Assembly: GCA_963666515.2 (NCBI GenBank)
Contig: OY762897.2
Span: 832,001 to 896,000 of the forward strand
Direction: 5' to 3'
Origin: Candidatus Binatia bacterium
Lineage (GTDB): Bacteria > Desulfobacterota > Binatia > UBA9968 > JAJDTQ01
Length of the DNA stretch: 64,000 nucleotides
The translations under genes and the position numbers were made by a program. Positions 25,847 to 34,549 of this stretch are shown one piece after another. The notes beneath the pieces were generated by a model that was not told the DNA's origin, searched no databases, and saw nothing but the letters and a program-made list of their open reading frames with translations. The first letter of the stretch is position 1. The number at the start of each line of letters is the position of its first letter.

Positions 25847-26752
25847 ACTACCGAGCGTTACAACTCGCGATGGCCTACGATAGTATTCATGTACGAACGA
25901 AGTCCAGTTCAAATATCTTGTCTTCCTGAGTCAAGATCCTGTCGATCAAGGATTCTAGTCTTTCCAGGTTGCGTAGACTCTCCGGCCCTGCTGCACGCTC
26001 TGCTTCGATAGTGTGAAGATGCCCGCACTGCGCCAGCAGCAATGCGGCGGGCGTCGCGCATCTGATCCAGGCGCAGAGATCATCCGTTTGCGGGCAATGT
26101 GTCCCCAACCCGTACTGGTGACCTTCCACACCGCGATCCAGATGTTGGGGAAGTCGCAACGGTACCCACAGCAGGAGGCCGTTGCTCGAATTCCCAATGA
26201 GTTCCGTCGTCACTGACCGCAGCCGCTCGACGTCAATCTCGTGCCAGTCGGGATGCAGGGGATCGGCTTCTCCGCTTTCTCCGGTCCCCGCCCACGGGTT
26301 CAGAACGCCGGCACGCCACTTCCCATCCTGGGCTCCGATGTAGAGAAATGCCTCGCATATATGGAAGACGCTCTTCAACCCAATACCGAAGGTGCCGATC
26401 TTGCCAACCTCGTCCTCCTTGGATCCGCCGACGGCCTTATGCAGCGCCTCACGATCTTGGTCGGGGAACTCCCCGTCGTTCGCAACCAGGAGTGCAGGTC
26501 CGTGGAGCAGACTGTTTCGCGCATCGGTCCAACCGCGCTCCAGCACCGCGAGCTTGAGACGGCGTGCACCTGCGTCGTCGGCATTTTGGACCAGTTCCCG
26601 GAACAGGGCGCGTCCATCCCCGGCATCCTTGTAGACGTCAGCCAGAAGGGTCTGGATTGCCTTGATCTCGTCGAGCGGGCTTCGGACGATGCCGGAGTTT
26701 GGTCGGACATCGACGTCGGGCAGCCGTGCTTGGTCAGACCCGACCGTAGGCA

Positions 26753-27574
26753 TCAGTCGTCGAAGAATGCGAGAGTCCGGATCTCGATGCTCTCCCGCGG
26801 CGGCGCGTCCGCCGGGGTGCTGGGGTGCTCGAAGGCGGAATGGGCGGAAAAGCGCGCCCGGCCGTCGGTCTTCGAGTCGTAGCACTTGAAGACGATGGCC
26901 TCGTCGGGCTGCATGTCCGGGAAGTAGTAGAACCGGTGGCCGGGGCTGTAGGTCAGGTGGTAGGTCTCGCCGAGCCGGTTGGGGTGGGGCCGCACGGTGG
27001 GGATGAGGTCCTCGGTGGCGATGCTCTGGGCGTCGCACATGGCCAGGGGATCCCGCAGCACCGGGTTCAGCATGCCGCGCCACACCTGGACCACCGCGAA
27101 GCGGCGCTTGAACAGATCGTCGGCCTCGTCGGGCAGCAGGTCGCGCACCCGTTCCGGGCCGGACCACTCGGTGTAGTCGTTGTGCACGTTCTGGACCGGT
27201 GCCTTGGCGCCCTTTTCCTCGTAGCCGGAGCGCAGGGTATGGTCGAAGATCAGCACCCGGCAGGCGCCGGTGTTCTCCTTGATCAGCGCCTCCATCTCGG
27301 GATAGTAGACCGCCCGGATCTCGTCCTCGTCGAAGAAGTCGGTCATCTTCGTGGGCTGGGGCCGCAGGGCGAAACCGTGGTGCTCAATGGAGAGCTCGGG
27401 GTGGTTGCGGCCGTTCCGGACCGAGGCCGTGTGGGTCTCGTACGTCCGGTCCTTGTGCGGATAGCCGAGGCTGGGCTTGTCCCAGGTGGTCACGGGCCGA
27501 GGGCCGGTGTGCACCATGTAGTTGAAGCTCGCTTCAACGGCGTCATCGAGAGTTTCCGCTACCGCTGTGGCCAT
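26753..27574 (-). CDS. CmcJ/NvfI-family oxidoreductase
   Basis: YYPEME, RVLIFDHTLR, VHNDYT, VQVWR, PLAMCD, FKCYDS, AHSAF, PPRESIEIR motifs. Confidence 0.85.
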   Translation of the reverse strand: MATAVAETLDDAVEASFNYMVHTGPRPVTTWDKPSLGYPHKDRTYETHTASVRNGRNHPELSIEHHGFALRPQPTKMTDFFDEDEIRAVYYPEMEALIKENTGACRVLIFDHTLRSGYEEKGAKAPVQNVHNDYTEWSGPERVRDLLPDEADDLFKRRFAVVQVWRGMLNPVLRDPLAMCDAQSIATEDLIPTVRPHPNRLGETYHLTYSPGHRFYYFPDMQPDEAIVFKCYDSKTDGRARFSAHSAFEHPSTPADAPPRESIEIRTLAFFDD

Positions 27575-27664
27575 TGTGATCTCCTTCGGGATTCCGCTGG
27601 ATTCCCATTGGGCGACCGAGGGTCGTCCCTACCATCGCTAAAATCACACTGCTCGGACAGACTG

Positions 27665-28627
27665 CTAGCCCGCCAGCGCCCCCTGTTCCGCCCACGTGCG
27701 CTGCACTTCGCGGCTGGTGCTGATGAGGGCGAAGTGGGTGGCCATGTTCTTGAGCGAATAGCGCTGCAGGTCGGCGTCGTAGGCCGCCACGCAGTCTTCC
27801 AGCACCACGTTGTAGTAGCCCCGGGCGAACGCGTCCCGCACCGTGGCCTCGACGCAGCCGTTGGTGGCGGCGCCGGTGAACAGCAGCGTTTTTATGCCCA
27901 GGCGCCCCAAGGTCGAATCCATCTTGGGGTTGGTGAAGCCGCTGTGGTGCCACTTCTTGATCCGGACGTCCTCCGGCGCGGGCGCGACGAAGTCGCAGAC
28001 GTCCCATCCCGGTGTTCCCGGGACCGTGTACTTGGCGTTGGCCAGCCCCACCCGCGCGCGCCGCGCCAGGATCGGGCCGTTGTCGTGCTCGTTGTCGTTG
28101 GAGGTCTGGGTGTAGATCACCGGCACGCCCGCGGCCCGTGCCGCTTCCACCATCACTTTCAGAGGCTCGCGCATGGCCTCGACGAAGCTCAGATCTCCCT
28201 TCATGCGCGCGCCGCCGGGAGCGCAGAAGTCGTTCTGCACGTCGATGACCACCAGGGCCGTGTGCTCGGGCTTGACCGTGTCCGGCAGCTCGGTCCACAC
28301 CTCCTGCACCTGGGGCTCCCACATCTCTTCTTCGGGGTCGAACTCGAAGTCGGCGATCTCCCGGCTCTGGAAGATCGGCCGCCCGACCTCCTGCGCCACC
28401 TGCCGGTGCACAGGGTGGTCCACGTAGCGCCGGAGGGCCTCCGCGTCCTCGCAGATGGCCACCATGGCATAGTCGTAGTCGCCGTCGCGGCGCAGGTTGG
28501 GCCCCATGGACCAACTCAGCAGGTCCGGGATGGAGTCCTTCATGGAGTTGTAGCCCGCGATCATCCTGTCGATCTGCTCGGGAGATGCGTCCGGCTTCAG
28601 CTTGACGAGAACGACGTGCTTGATCAT
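27665..28627 (-). CDS. Dabb (stress-responsive A/B barrel) domain fused to an isochorismatase-family cysteine hydrolase
   Basis: N-term MIKHVVLVKLK...YVDHPVH; C-term ALVVIDVQNDF, K in IKKWHHSGF, GAATNGCVEATVRDA. Confidence 0.85.
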   Translation of the reverse strand: MIKHVVLVKLKPDASPEQIDRMIAGYNSMKDSIPDLLSWSMGPNLRRDGDYDYAMVAICEDAEALRRYVDHPVHRQVAQEVGRPIFQSREIADFEFDPEEEMWEPQVQEVWTELPDTVKPEHTALVVIDVQNDFCAPGGARMKGDLSFVEAMREPLKVMVEAARAAGVPVIYTQTSNDNEHDNGPILARRARVGLANAKYTVPGTPGWDVCDFVAPAPEDVRIKKWHHSGFTNPKMDSTLGRLGIKTLLFTGAATNGCVEATVRDAFARGYYNVVLEDCVAAYDADLQRYSLKNMATHFALISTSREVQRTWAEQGALAG

Positions 28628-28711
28628 CGCAAACCTCCGAAGGGCTCCGGTGAAACTACGCGACGGTCAGGACGGAGAATATCCGATGACCCCGCTGCAA
28701 GTCAATTTCAC

Positions 28712-28727
28712 GGCCGCGACCGCGGCC
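28712..28727 (-). promoter_or_regulatory. Putative SECIS hairpin for the second UGA
   Basis: GGCCGC-GGUC-GCGGCC begins after a 10-nt spacer following the UGA at 28740-28738. Confidence 0.6.
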
Positions 28728-28728
28728 T

Positions 28729-28953
28729 CTACACCGCTCAGCTTCCGCCGAAGCCGACGGTGACCCGACCGTCCTCGACGATGACCGGGACGTCGCGGCG
28801 GCCGTGGTTCAGGTCCATCATGCGCCGGAGGCCGTCCTCGTCTTCCAGCACGTTGACGTATTCGAAGGGAATGTTTCTGTCCGAGTAGTCCCGCCGGGCA
28901 CTCGCGGTGTAGTCTCAATGGTCGTGCCCGAAGATCGATACCTTGTCCGGCAT
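28729..28953 (-). CDS. UXX-star family glutaredoxin-like selenoprotein with two Sec (74 aa)
   Basis: MPDKVSIFGHDH-U-DYTASARRDYSDRNIPFEYVNVLEDEDGLRRMMDLNHGRRDVPVIVEDGRVTVGFGGS-U-AV-stop; in-frame TGA at codons 13 and 72; Grx-type VPVI cis-Pro motif. Confidence 0.85.
28882..28904 (-). promoter_or_regulatory. Putative SECIS hairpin for the first UGA
   Basis: CGAGU-G-CCC-GGC-GGG-ACU-ACUCG begins after a 10-nt spacer following the UGA at 28917-28915. Confidence 0.55.
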
Positions 28954-29142
28954 GGGTTCGTCCTTTCCGGGGTCGTACCCGAAGGTTGTCCTTACCCCGT
29001 ACCGCCAAATGCGGTTCATGGCAAATCGAGGCGGAACGGTATCGACGACGAAAAAATCATTTGGGGGTTTCTTGCGCGGAAACTTGTGGTATGAAAGCGG
29101 GCTGAACGGCTGTCCTGCGCCGTCTGCCATGCGGGGAAATGA

Positions 29143-29928
29143 ATGGTTGAACGTTTCAAGGAACTCGGCACCATCACCTTCAGTCTCGTCCTCTTCACCC
29201 TGCTTTGGGAGGTGTCGGTGTGGCTGTTGTCGGTCTCCGAGTTCCTGCTGCCCGCGCCGTCGAAGATTTTCTGGACCATCATCGAGAAGTTCTTCCCCCT
29301 CATGCAGAACTGCCTCGTGACTTTCCGGGAAACCATATACGGGTTCCTCATGGGGCTCGTGCTGGGGGTGATCTCGGCCATCATGATCGTCTACTCCCGG
29401 TTGCTTCAGAATCTTCTCTACCCGCTGATCCTCGTGGCCCAGATCGTCCCCAAGGTGGCCATCGCGCCGCTGCTGCTGATCTGGGTGGGTTACGGCGAGA
29501 TGTCCAAGGTGCTCATCGCGTTCCTGGTGTCGTGGTTCCCCATCATCGTCACCACGGTCCAGGGCATGCGCATGGTGCAGCCCGAGATGCTGGACCTGGT
29601 CAAGTCGCTCCAGGCCTCGGACTGGCAGATCTTCGCCAAGGTCCGCCTGCCCAACGCGCTGCCGCACTTCTTCGGCGGCCTCAAGATCGCCATCACGCTG
29701 GCGGTCATCGGCGCCATCATCGGCGAGTTCGTCGGCGGCAACACCGGCCTCGGGTACCTGGTCATGGTCGCCAACTACGAGGTCAATACGCCGTTCATGT
29801 TCGCGGCCCTCGTCGTGCTGTCGATCCTGGGCCTGGTCCTTTACGGCGTTCTGGTGCTGCTGGAAATGTGGCTGATCCCGTGGAGCATCGACGAGGATGA
29901 GCAGGAGTTGACGGGCTTCGGCATGTAG
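29143..29928 (+). CDS. NitT/TauT-family ABC transporter permease
   Basis: LLPAPS, PKVAIAPLL, KVRLPNALP, GAIIGEFVG..GLG. Confidence 0.9.
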   Translation: MVERFKELGTITFSLVLFTLLWEVSVWLLSVSEFLLPAPSKIFWTIIEKFFPLMQNCLVTFRETIYGFLMGLVLGVISAIMIVYSRLLQNLLYPLILVAQIVPKVAIAPLLLIWVGYGEMSKVLIAFLVSWFPIIVTTVQGMRMVQPEMLDLVKSLQASDWQIFAKVRLPNALPHFFGGLKIAITLAVIGAIIGEFVGGNTGLGYLVMVANYEVNTPFMFAALVVLSILGLVLYGVLVLLEMWLIPWSIDEDEQELTGFGM

Positions 29929-29993
29929 GCCGGCTCCGGGCGGATGGAGAACATCCGGCCGGCCGCGGCGTATCGAGTTTGGAACCGATTTCC

Positions 29994-30764
29994 ATGACGA
30001 ACGGGAAAGCCATCGAGGTCAGGAACCTCACCAAGGTCTATCCCTCCAAGGATGCTCCCATCGTGGCGCTGGAGGACGCCTCGTTCGAGGTCTACGAGCA
30101 GGAGTTCATTTCCCTCGTGGGCCACAGCGGCTGCGGCAAGACCACCATCATGAAGATCATCGCCGGGCTGCTCGACAAGACCCGGGGCGAGGTGCTGGTG
30201 AACGGCGCGCCGGTGACCGGACCCAAGTCGAGCACCGGCATCGTGTTCCAGACCCCGGTGTTGTTTCAGTGGCGCTCGGTCATCGACAACGTCCTGTTGC
30301 CGGTGGAGATCCTCGGCCTCTCCAAAGAGGAATACCATCCCAAGGCCCTGGAGTTGCTGGAGCTGACCGGACTCACGGAGTTCAAGGACAAGTACCCGCG
30401 GGAGTTGTCCGGCGGCATGCAGCAGCGCGCGTCCATCAGCCGGGCGCTGGTGCACGACCCCTCGCTGCTGCTGCTGGACGAGCCCTTCGGCGCCCTGGAC
30501 GCCATGACCCGGGGCGAGATGAACATGGAGCTTCAGCGCATCTGGAGCGAAAAGAAGAAGACCAGCCTGCTGATCACCCACAGCATACCGGAAGCGGTCT
30601 TCCTGGCGGACCGGGTGTTGGTGATGACGCCCCGGCCGGGCCGGATCACCGACATCATCAAGATCGGGCTGCCGCGGCCCCGGACCCCGGAGATGCGGCT
30701 TTCGGCGGAGTTCAACGACTGTGTCAGGCAGGTGGGAAAGACCATCGGCTTGCAGTATCTGTGA
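29994..30764 (+). CDS. NitT/TauT-family ABC transporter ATP-binding protein
   Basis: GHSGCGKT, LSGGMQQR, LLLDEPFGALD, ITHS. Confidence 0.92.
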   Translation: MTNGKAIEVRNLTKVYPSKDAPIVALEDASFEVYEQEFISLVGHSGCGKTTIMKIIAGLLDKTRGEVLVNGAPVTGPKSSTGIVFQTPVLFQWRSVIDNVLLPVEILGLSKEEYHPKALELLELTGLTEFKDKYPRELSGGMQQRASISRALVHDPSLLLLDEPFGALDAMTRGEMNMELQRIWSEKKKTSLLITHSIPEAVFLADRVLVMTPRPGRITDIIKIGLPRPRTPEMRLSAEFNDCVRQVGKTIGLQYL

Positions 30765-30797
30765 TGGAACAAACTCTAACGCAGGGAGGTAAATGAA

Positions 30798-31802
30798 ATG
30801 AAACGCACATTCATCGCGCTTGCGATTTTCCTGCTGTACGTGACGAGCGTCGGCAGCGCCTCGGCCGCGGACAAGGTCAAGTTCGCGCTGGACTGGATCC
30901 CGTACGGCAAGCACGCCATGTACTACGTGAGCATCGACAAGGGGTTCTGGAAGGAAGCCGGCCTCGACGTGCAGATGACCCGAGGCTTCGGCTCCGGCGA
31001 CACCGTGAAGCGGATCGCCTCGGGCACCGACGACTTCGGCTTCGCGTCCGTGGGCAACATGATCGCGGCCATGTCGCGGGGCGCCGATCTCAAGATGGTC
31101 GGCATGGTCCACGACAAGACCCTGGAGACCCTGGCCACGCTGGTGGGAAACAAGATCACCAAGCCGTCGGACCTCGAAGGGAAAACCATCGGCTCGCCCG
31201 AGGCCAACGCCGCGCGGGTCATCTTCCCGGCCTTCGCCAACATCAACAAGTTCGATGCCGGCAAGGTCAAGTGGATCAACATGACGGTGCCCGCCACCGT
31301 CCCGAGCCTCCTGGCCGGACGGGTGGACGCCATCCTCATCTTCTACACCGAGAAGCCGACGCTGGACGCGGCCGCCGCGAAGGTCGGCAAGAAGCCGCTG
31401 TACCTGCTGTTCGCCGACCACGGCATGGCCACCTACGGCAACGGCCTGATGGTGTCCGGGAATACCCTCAAGAACAAGCCGGACCTGGTGAAGCGGTTCC
31501 TGGCGGCCACCTACAAGGGCATCGCCTGGTCGGTGGAGAACCCGAAGGAGGCCGTGGACATCTTCATCAAGCACAACCCGGCCATCAGCCCGGACCTGGC
31601 GCGGAAGCACTTCGACATCGCGGTGGACTCGCTTCTGTCAAAGAACGCCTTGAAGGAAGGCATCGGCCACATGACCACGGAACGGATGGCGTTCACCAAC
31701 GATCTCATCACCAAGCACATGAAGCTTCCGAAGAAGTCGGCGGTGGAGGACGTCTTCACCAACGAGTACCTGCCGAAGCTCTTCCCGAAGCGGGGCAAGT
31801 AA
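30798..31802 (+). CDS. ABC substrate-binding protein (NMT1/THI5/SsuA-like)
   Basis: Signal peptide, ALDW.P...H, KGFWKEAGLDV, GFGSGD; GGAGG RBS. Confidence 0.88.
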   Translation: MKRTFIALAIFLLYVTSVGSASAADKVKFALDWIPYGKHAMYYVSIDKGFWKEAGLDVQMTRGFGSGDTVKRIASGTDDFGFASVGNMIAAMSRGADLKMVGMVHDKTLETLATLVGNKITKPSDLEGKTIGSPEANAARVIFPAFANINKFDAGKVKWINMTVPATVPSLLAGRVDAILIFYTEKPTLDAAAAKVGKKPLYLLFADHGMATYGNGLMVSGNTLKNKPDLVKRFLAATYKGIAWSVENPKEAVDIFIKHNPAISPDLARKHFDIAVDSLLSKNALKEGIGHMTTERMAFTNDLITKHMKLPKKSAVEDVFTNEYLPKLFPKRGK

Positions 31803-31853
31803 AAATCAGCCGGGCCGGCCCCAAGGGCCGCCTGGCAGCCGATCGAAGAGACG

Positions 31854-31886
31854 GGTGGGAGTCCGCCGCGGATGCGGACTCCCACC
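31854..31886. repeat. Perfect 13-bp-stem hairpin (REP-like or terminator)
   Basis: GGTGGGAGTCCGC-CGCGGAT-GCGGACTCCCACC between the SBP and oxidase genes. Confidence 0.55.
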
Positions 31887-31923
31887 GTTGCGCCCTTACG
31901 CCGTTCGCCGGAAGGAAATCGCA

Positions 31924-33006
31924 ATGAGTGAACAATTCGTCAGCAACCAGGAGCTTGTCGTACAGGCGCGGCGCAACCTGCCCCAGCCCGTCTGGGACTA
32001 CCTGAGCGGCGGCAGCGAGTCGGAGACCACCATGCGCCGCAACCGGCTGGCGCTGGATTCGCTGGCGTTGCGTCCGCGGGTGCTGGTGGACGTCTCCGAG
32101 GTGGACACCTCCACCACCGTGCTCGGCCACAAGCTGCGCATCCCCGTCATGCTGGCCCCCATCGGCTCGCTCCAGCAGATCACCCCGGAGGGGGCCGTGG
32201 CCGCGGCCAGGGCCGCCAACGAGTTCGGCACCGTCAACTTCGTCAGCTCCGTGACCCAGCCCGCCCTTGAAGAGACCGCGGCCGCCACCCCGTCGGACAA
32301 GATATTCCAGCTCTACATCCGCGGCGGCCTGGACTGGGTCGAGGAGATCCTGGGACGGGTCAAGCAGTCCGGCTACAAGGCCCTGTGCCTCACAGTGGAT
32401 TCCGCCCACTACAGCAACCGGGAGCGGCAGTTGATGAACCGCTGGCTGCCGCCCAGCAAGCGGCGCGAAGCCGCCAACCAGGACCGGCTGTGGCAGGCCA
32501 AGCTCACCTGGAAGACCATGGACGCCATCAAGGAGATCGGCGGCATGCCGTTCATCCTCAAGGGCGTGGCCACCGCGGAGGACGCGCGCATCGCGCTCGA
32601 CCACGGCGTGGACGTCATCTACATCTCCAACCACGGCGGTCGCCAGCTCGACCACGGGCAGGGGACCATGGACATGCTGCCGGAGATCGTCCAGGCCGTG
32701 GGCGGCAAGGCCGAGATCATCATCGACGGCGGCTTCCTGAGAGGCACCGACGTGCTCAAGGCCGTGGCCCTGGGCGCCAAGGCCGTGACCATCGGCAAGC
32801 TCCAGGGCTGGGCGCTGGGGGCGGGGGATCACGAGGGTCTGGTGCGCGCCCTGCAGCTCCTGGAGAACGAGATCGTCATCGCCATGGGCCTCCTGGGCGT
32901 GACCAGAATCGATCAGATCACTCCGGCCCACGTCTGCAAGGCGCAGGCTACGGCCATGCCCCACGAGATGAGCACCTTCGTCAATCTGCCGGAGCGGTTG
33001 CGGTAG
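31924..33006 (+). CDS. FMN-dependent alpha-hydroxy acid oxidase/dehydrogenase
   Basis: WDYLSGG, LRPRVL, LTVD, ILKGV, SNHGGRQLD, DGGFLRGTDVLKA. Confidence 0.92.
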   Translation: MSEQFVSNQELVVQARRNLPQPVWDYLSGGSESETTMRRNRLALDSLALRPRVLVDVSEVDTSTTVLGHKLRIPVMLAPIGSLQQITPEGAVAAARAANEFGTVNFVSSVTQPALEETAAATPSDKIFQLYIRGGLDWVEEILGRVKQSGYKALCLTVDSAHYSNRERQLMNRWLPPSKRREAANQDRLWQAKLTWKTMDAIKEIGGMPFILKGVATAEDARIALDHGVDVIYISNHGGRQLDHGQGTMDMLPEIVQAVGGKAEIIIDGGFLRGTDVLKAVALGAKAVTIGKLQGWALGAGDHEGLVRALQLLENEIVIAMGLLGVTRIDQITPAHVCKAQATAMPHEMSTFVNLPERLR

Positions 33007-33037
33007 CCGCGAGACTCCGAACGGATCAGCCACCCCG

Positions 33038-33068
33038 CCTGGACCCCGGATCAAGCCCGGGGTGACGG
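33038..33068. repeat. Third copy of the CGTC-type REP, containing the MFS gene stop codon
   Basis: CCTGGACCCCGGATCAAGCCCGGGGTGACGG, 30/31 identical to 8626-8656. Confidence 0.75.
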
Positions 33069-34481
33069 GTGGTTGGCCCCCCGCAGCAGCGAGCACGCCA
33101 CCGCGGCCAGGGCGATGCCGGTGGTGACCAGGAACGTGTCCTGAAGCGCGAGCACGAAATGAGCCCGGTCCGCGGCTGCTGGCAGCGCGTCGGGATTGCC
33201 GGAGTGCATGCGGAAGGCCACGGTCATGAGGAAGTTGCCCACGGTGACGCCGAAGACGTTTCCCAGGCCGAACATGGTGTAGAGGGTGCCGGTGGCCACG
33301 CCCCGGTGCTCCAACGGCACGGACGATATCAGCGCGGTGTGGTTGGGCGGGAAGAAGAGCGCGCTGCCCAGTCCCACCAGCACCAGCGCCAGCGTCGGCA
33401 CCATCCAGTGCGAACCCGCCGCGAACCAGACCCCCAGGAAGGATGCTCCGGCGTACAGCGCGGCGCCCGCGGTGGCCGGTATGCGCGGTCCTACCTTGTC
33501 GGCGATGATGCCGCCCACCGGCGACAGCGCGGCGGCGAAGATAGGCGCGCTGAGGAACAGGATACCCATGAACGAGGGAGTCAGCCCCAGCACGTCCTGC
33601 AGGTAGAACGGCAGCAGGTAGACGTGCAGGGTGTTGACGATGGAGACCAGCAGCATCGCCACCGTGCTGAAGGCGAACATGCGGATCCGGAACAGCGCCA
33701 GGCTCAGGATGGGGCTCGCCGCCCGGCTTTCGCGCCACAGGAACCCCGCGGCCAATGCCGCCAAGGCCGCAACCGCGCCCGCTCGCCAGGCCGGCGTGAA
33801 GGATTCCATGATCTGGCGGTCGAGGACGCCCATTAACGCCAAGGTGACGCCCACCAGCAGTGCGGCGCCGAGATAGTCGATGGCCGGGCGTCCGTTCTCC
33901 GTGCGCTCGGTGGCATCGCTCCCCTGGCTCCGGCGAAAGCCCAGAGCCAGGGCGGTGGCGACGGCTCCCAAGGGGACGAGGAAGAAGAAGACGCCGCGCC
34001 AGTGGACGTACTGGATGATGAACCCGCCCAGGCCCGGACCGACCAGAAAGCCGCTGTGATGCGCCGTGGTCATGAATCCCTGCACGCGCCCTTTGGACTC
34101 CTCGGTGGAGGCGTCCATGGCCAGGGCCCGCCCCTGGGCCTGCATCATGGCCGCGCCGACGCCCTGGAGCACGCGGTAGAAGATCAACTGCGCGATGTCC
34201 CCGGACAGCCCGCACAACAGCGAGCTGACGGTGAAGAGCACGATGCCCCAGATGTAGACGGTCTGGCGCCCGTACACGTCCCCCACGCGCCCGAAGACCA
34301 GCGACAGTGCGGCGGTGGCAAGCTGGAAGGAAATGAGCGCCCACGATATGCCCACCATGTCGGTCTCCAGACCGGTGGCCACGGTCGGCAGCGAGATGGC
34401 GAAGATGCGGCTGGCGGTCCCGGTCGTGAAGGTGACGAGCAGGGCGGTGGCCAGGAGCAGGGCGTTGGCGCGCGATGTCAT
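33051..34481 (-). CDS. MFS transporter (DHA2/EmrB-QacA-like)
   Basis: GRVGDVYGR motif A, RVLQGVG, GPGLGG..WRGVFF, about 14 TM segments. Confidence 0.9.
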   Translation of the reverse strand: MTSRANALLLATALLVTFTTGTASRIFAISLPTVATGLETDMVGISWALISFQLATAALSLVFGRVGDVYGRQTVYIWGIVLFTVSSLLCGLSGDIAQLIFYRVLQGVGAAMMQAQGRALAMDASTEESKGRVQGFMTTAHHSGFLVGPGLGGFIIQYVHWRGVFFFLVPLGAVATALALGFRRSQGSDATERTENGRPAIDYLGAALLVGVTLALMGVLDRQIMESFTPAWRAGAVAALAALAAGFLWRESRAASPILSLALFRIRMFAFSTVAMLLVSIVNTLHVYLLPFYLQDVLGLTPSFMGILFLSAPIFAAALSPVGGIIADKVGPRIPATAGAALYAGASFLGVWFAAGSHWMVPTLALVLVGLGSALFFPPNHTALISSVPLEHRGVATGTLYTMFGLGNVFGVTVGNFLMTVAFRMHSGNPDALPAAADRAHFVLALQDTFLVTTGIALAAVACSLLRGANHPSPRA

Positions 34482-34549
34482 CTTGAATCGTGGGCGAGTG
34501 GTAAAGTAAGAAGTAATGCAGGAAACAGGACAGTAGCTACCAGATCGAC

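Larger units (their letters stand above)
24092..25954 (+). mobile_element. Unclassified 1863-bp insertion element flanked by CTAG direct repeats, no terminal inverted repeats
   Basis: CTAG at 24088-24091 and 25955-25958; precise restoration of the host ORF; single ORF inside; subterminal hairpins at both ends. Confidence 0.88.
17150..26753 (-). pseudogene. Giant sacsin-like protein with two GHKL ATPase repeats (~2578 aa reconstructed), interrupted by an insertion element
   Basis: The N-part has RELVQNADDA...GTFGIGLKSVF and the C-part has ELVQNADDA...GRFGLGFKSV. Removing 24092-25954 plus one CTAG joins ...RNLERL|VCVTRQ... in frame (7737 nt). Confidence 0.88.

Noticed and set aside
24245-25912. 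555-aa antisense ORF inside the novel element
   Set aside because: Mirrors the sense ORF with no recognisable motifs; treated as a shadow, though not formally excluded.
25887-27167. 426-aa ORF as a single gene
   Set aside because: Chimeric: the first 138 codons are an off-frame read of the CmcJ gene and the last ~22 run into the inserted element. The real part is the sacsin N-terminus from 26753.
28667-29094. ORF-track calls 28667-29008 and 28804-29094
   Set aside because: Off-frame or antisense to the selenoprotein gene, which explains the region better.
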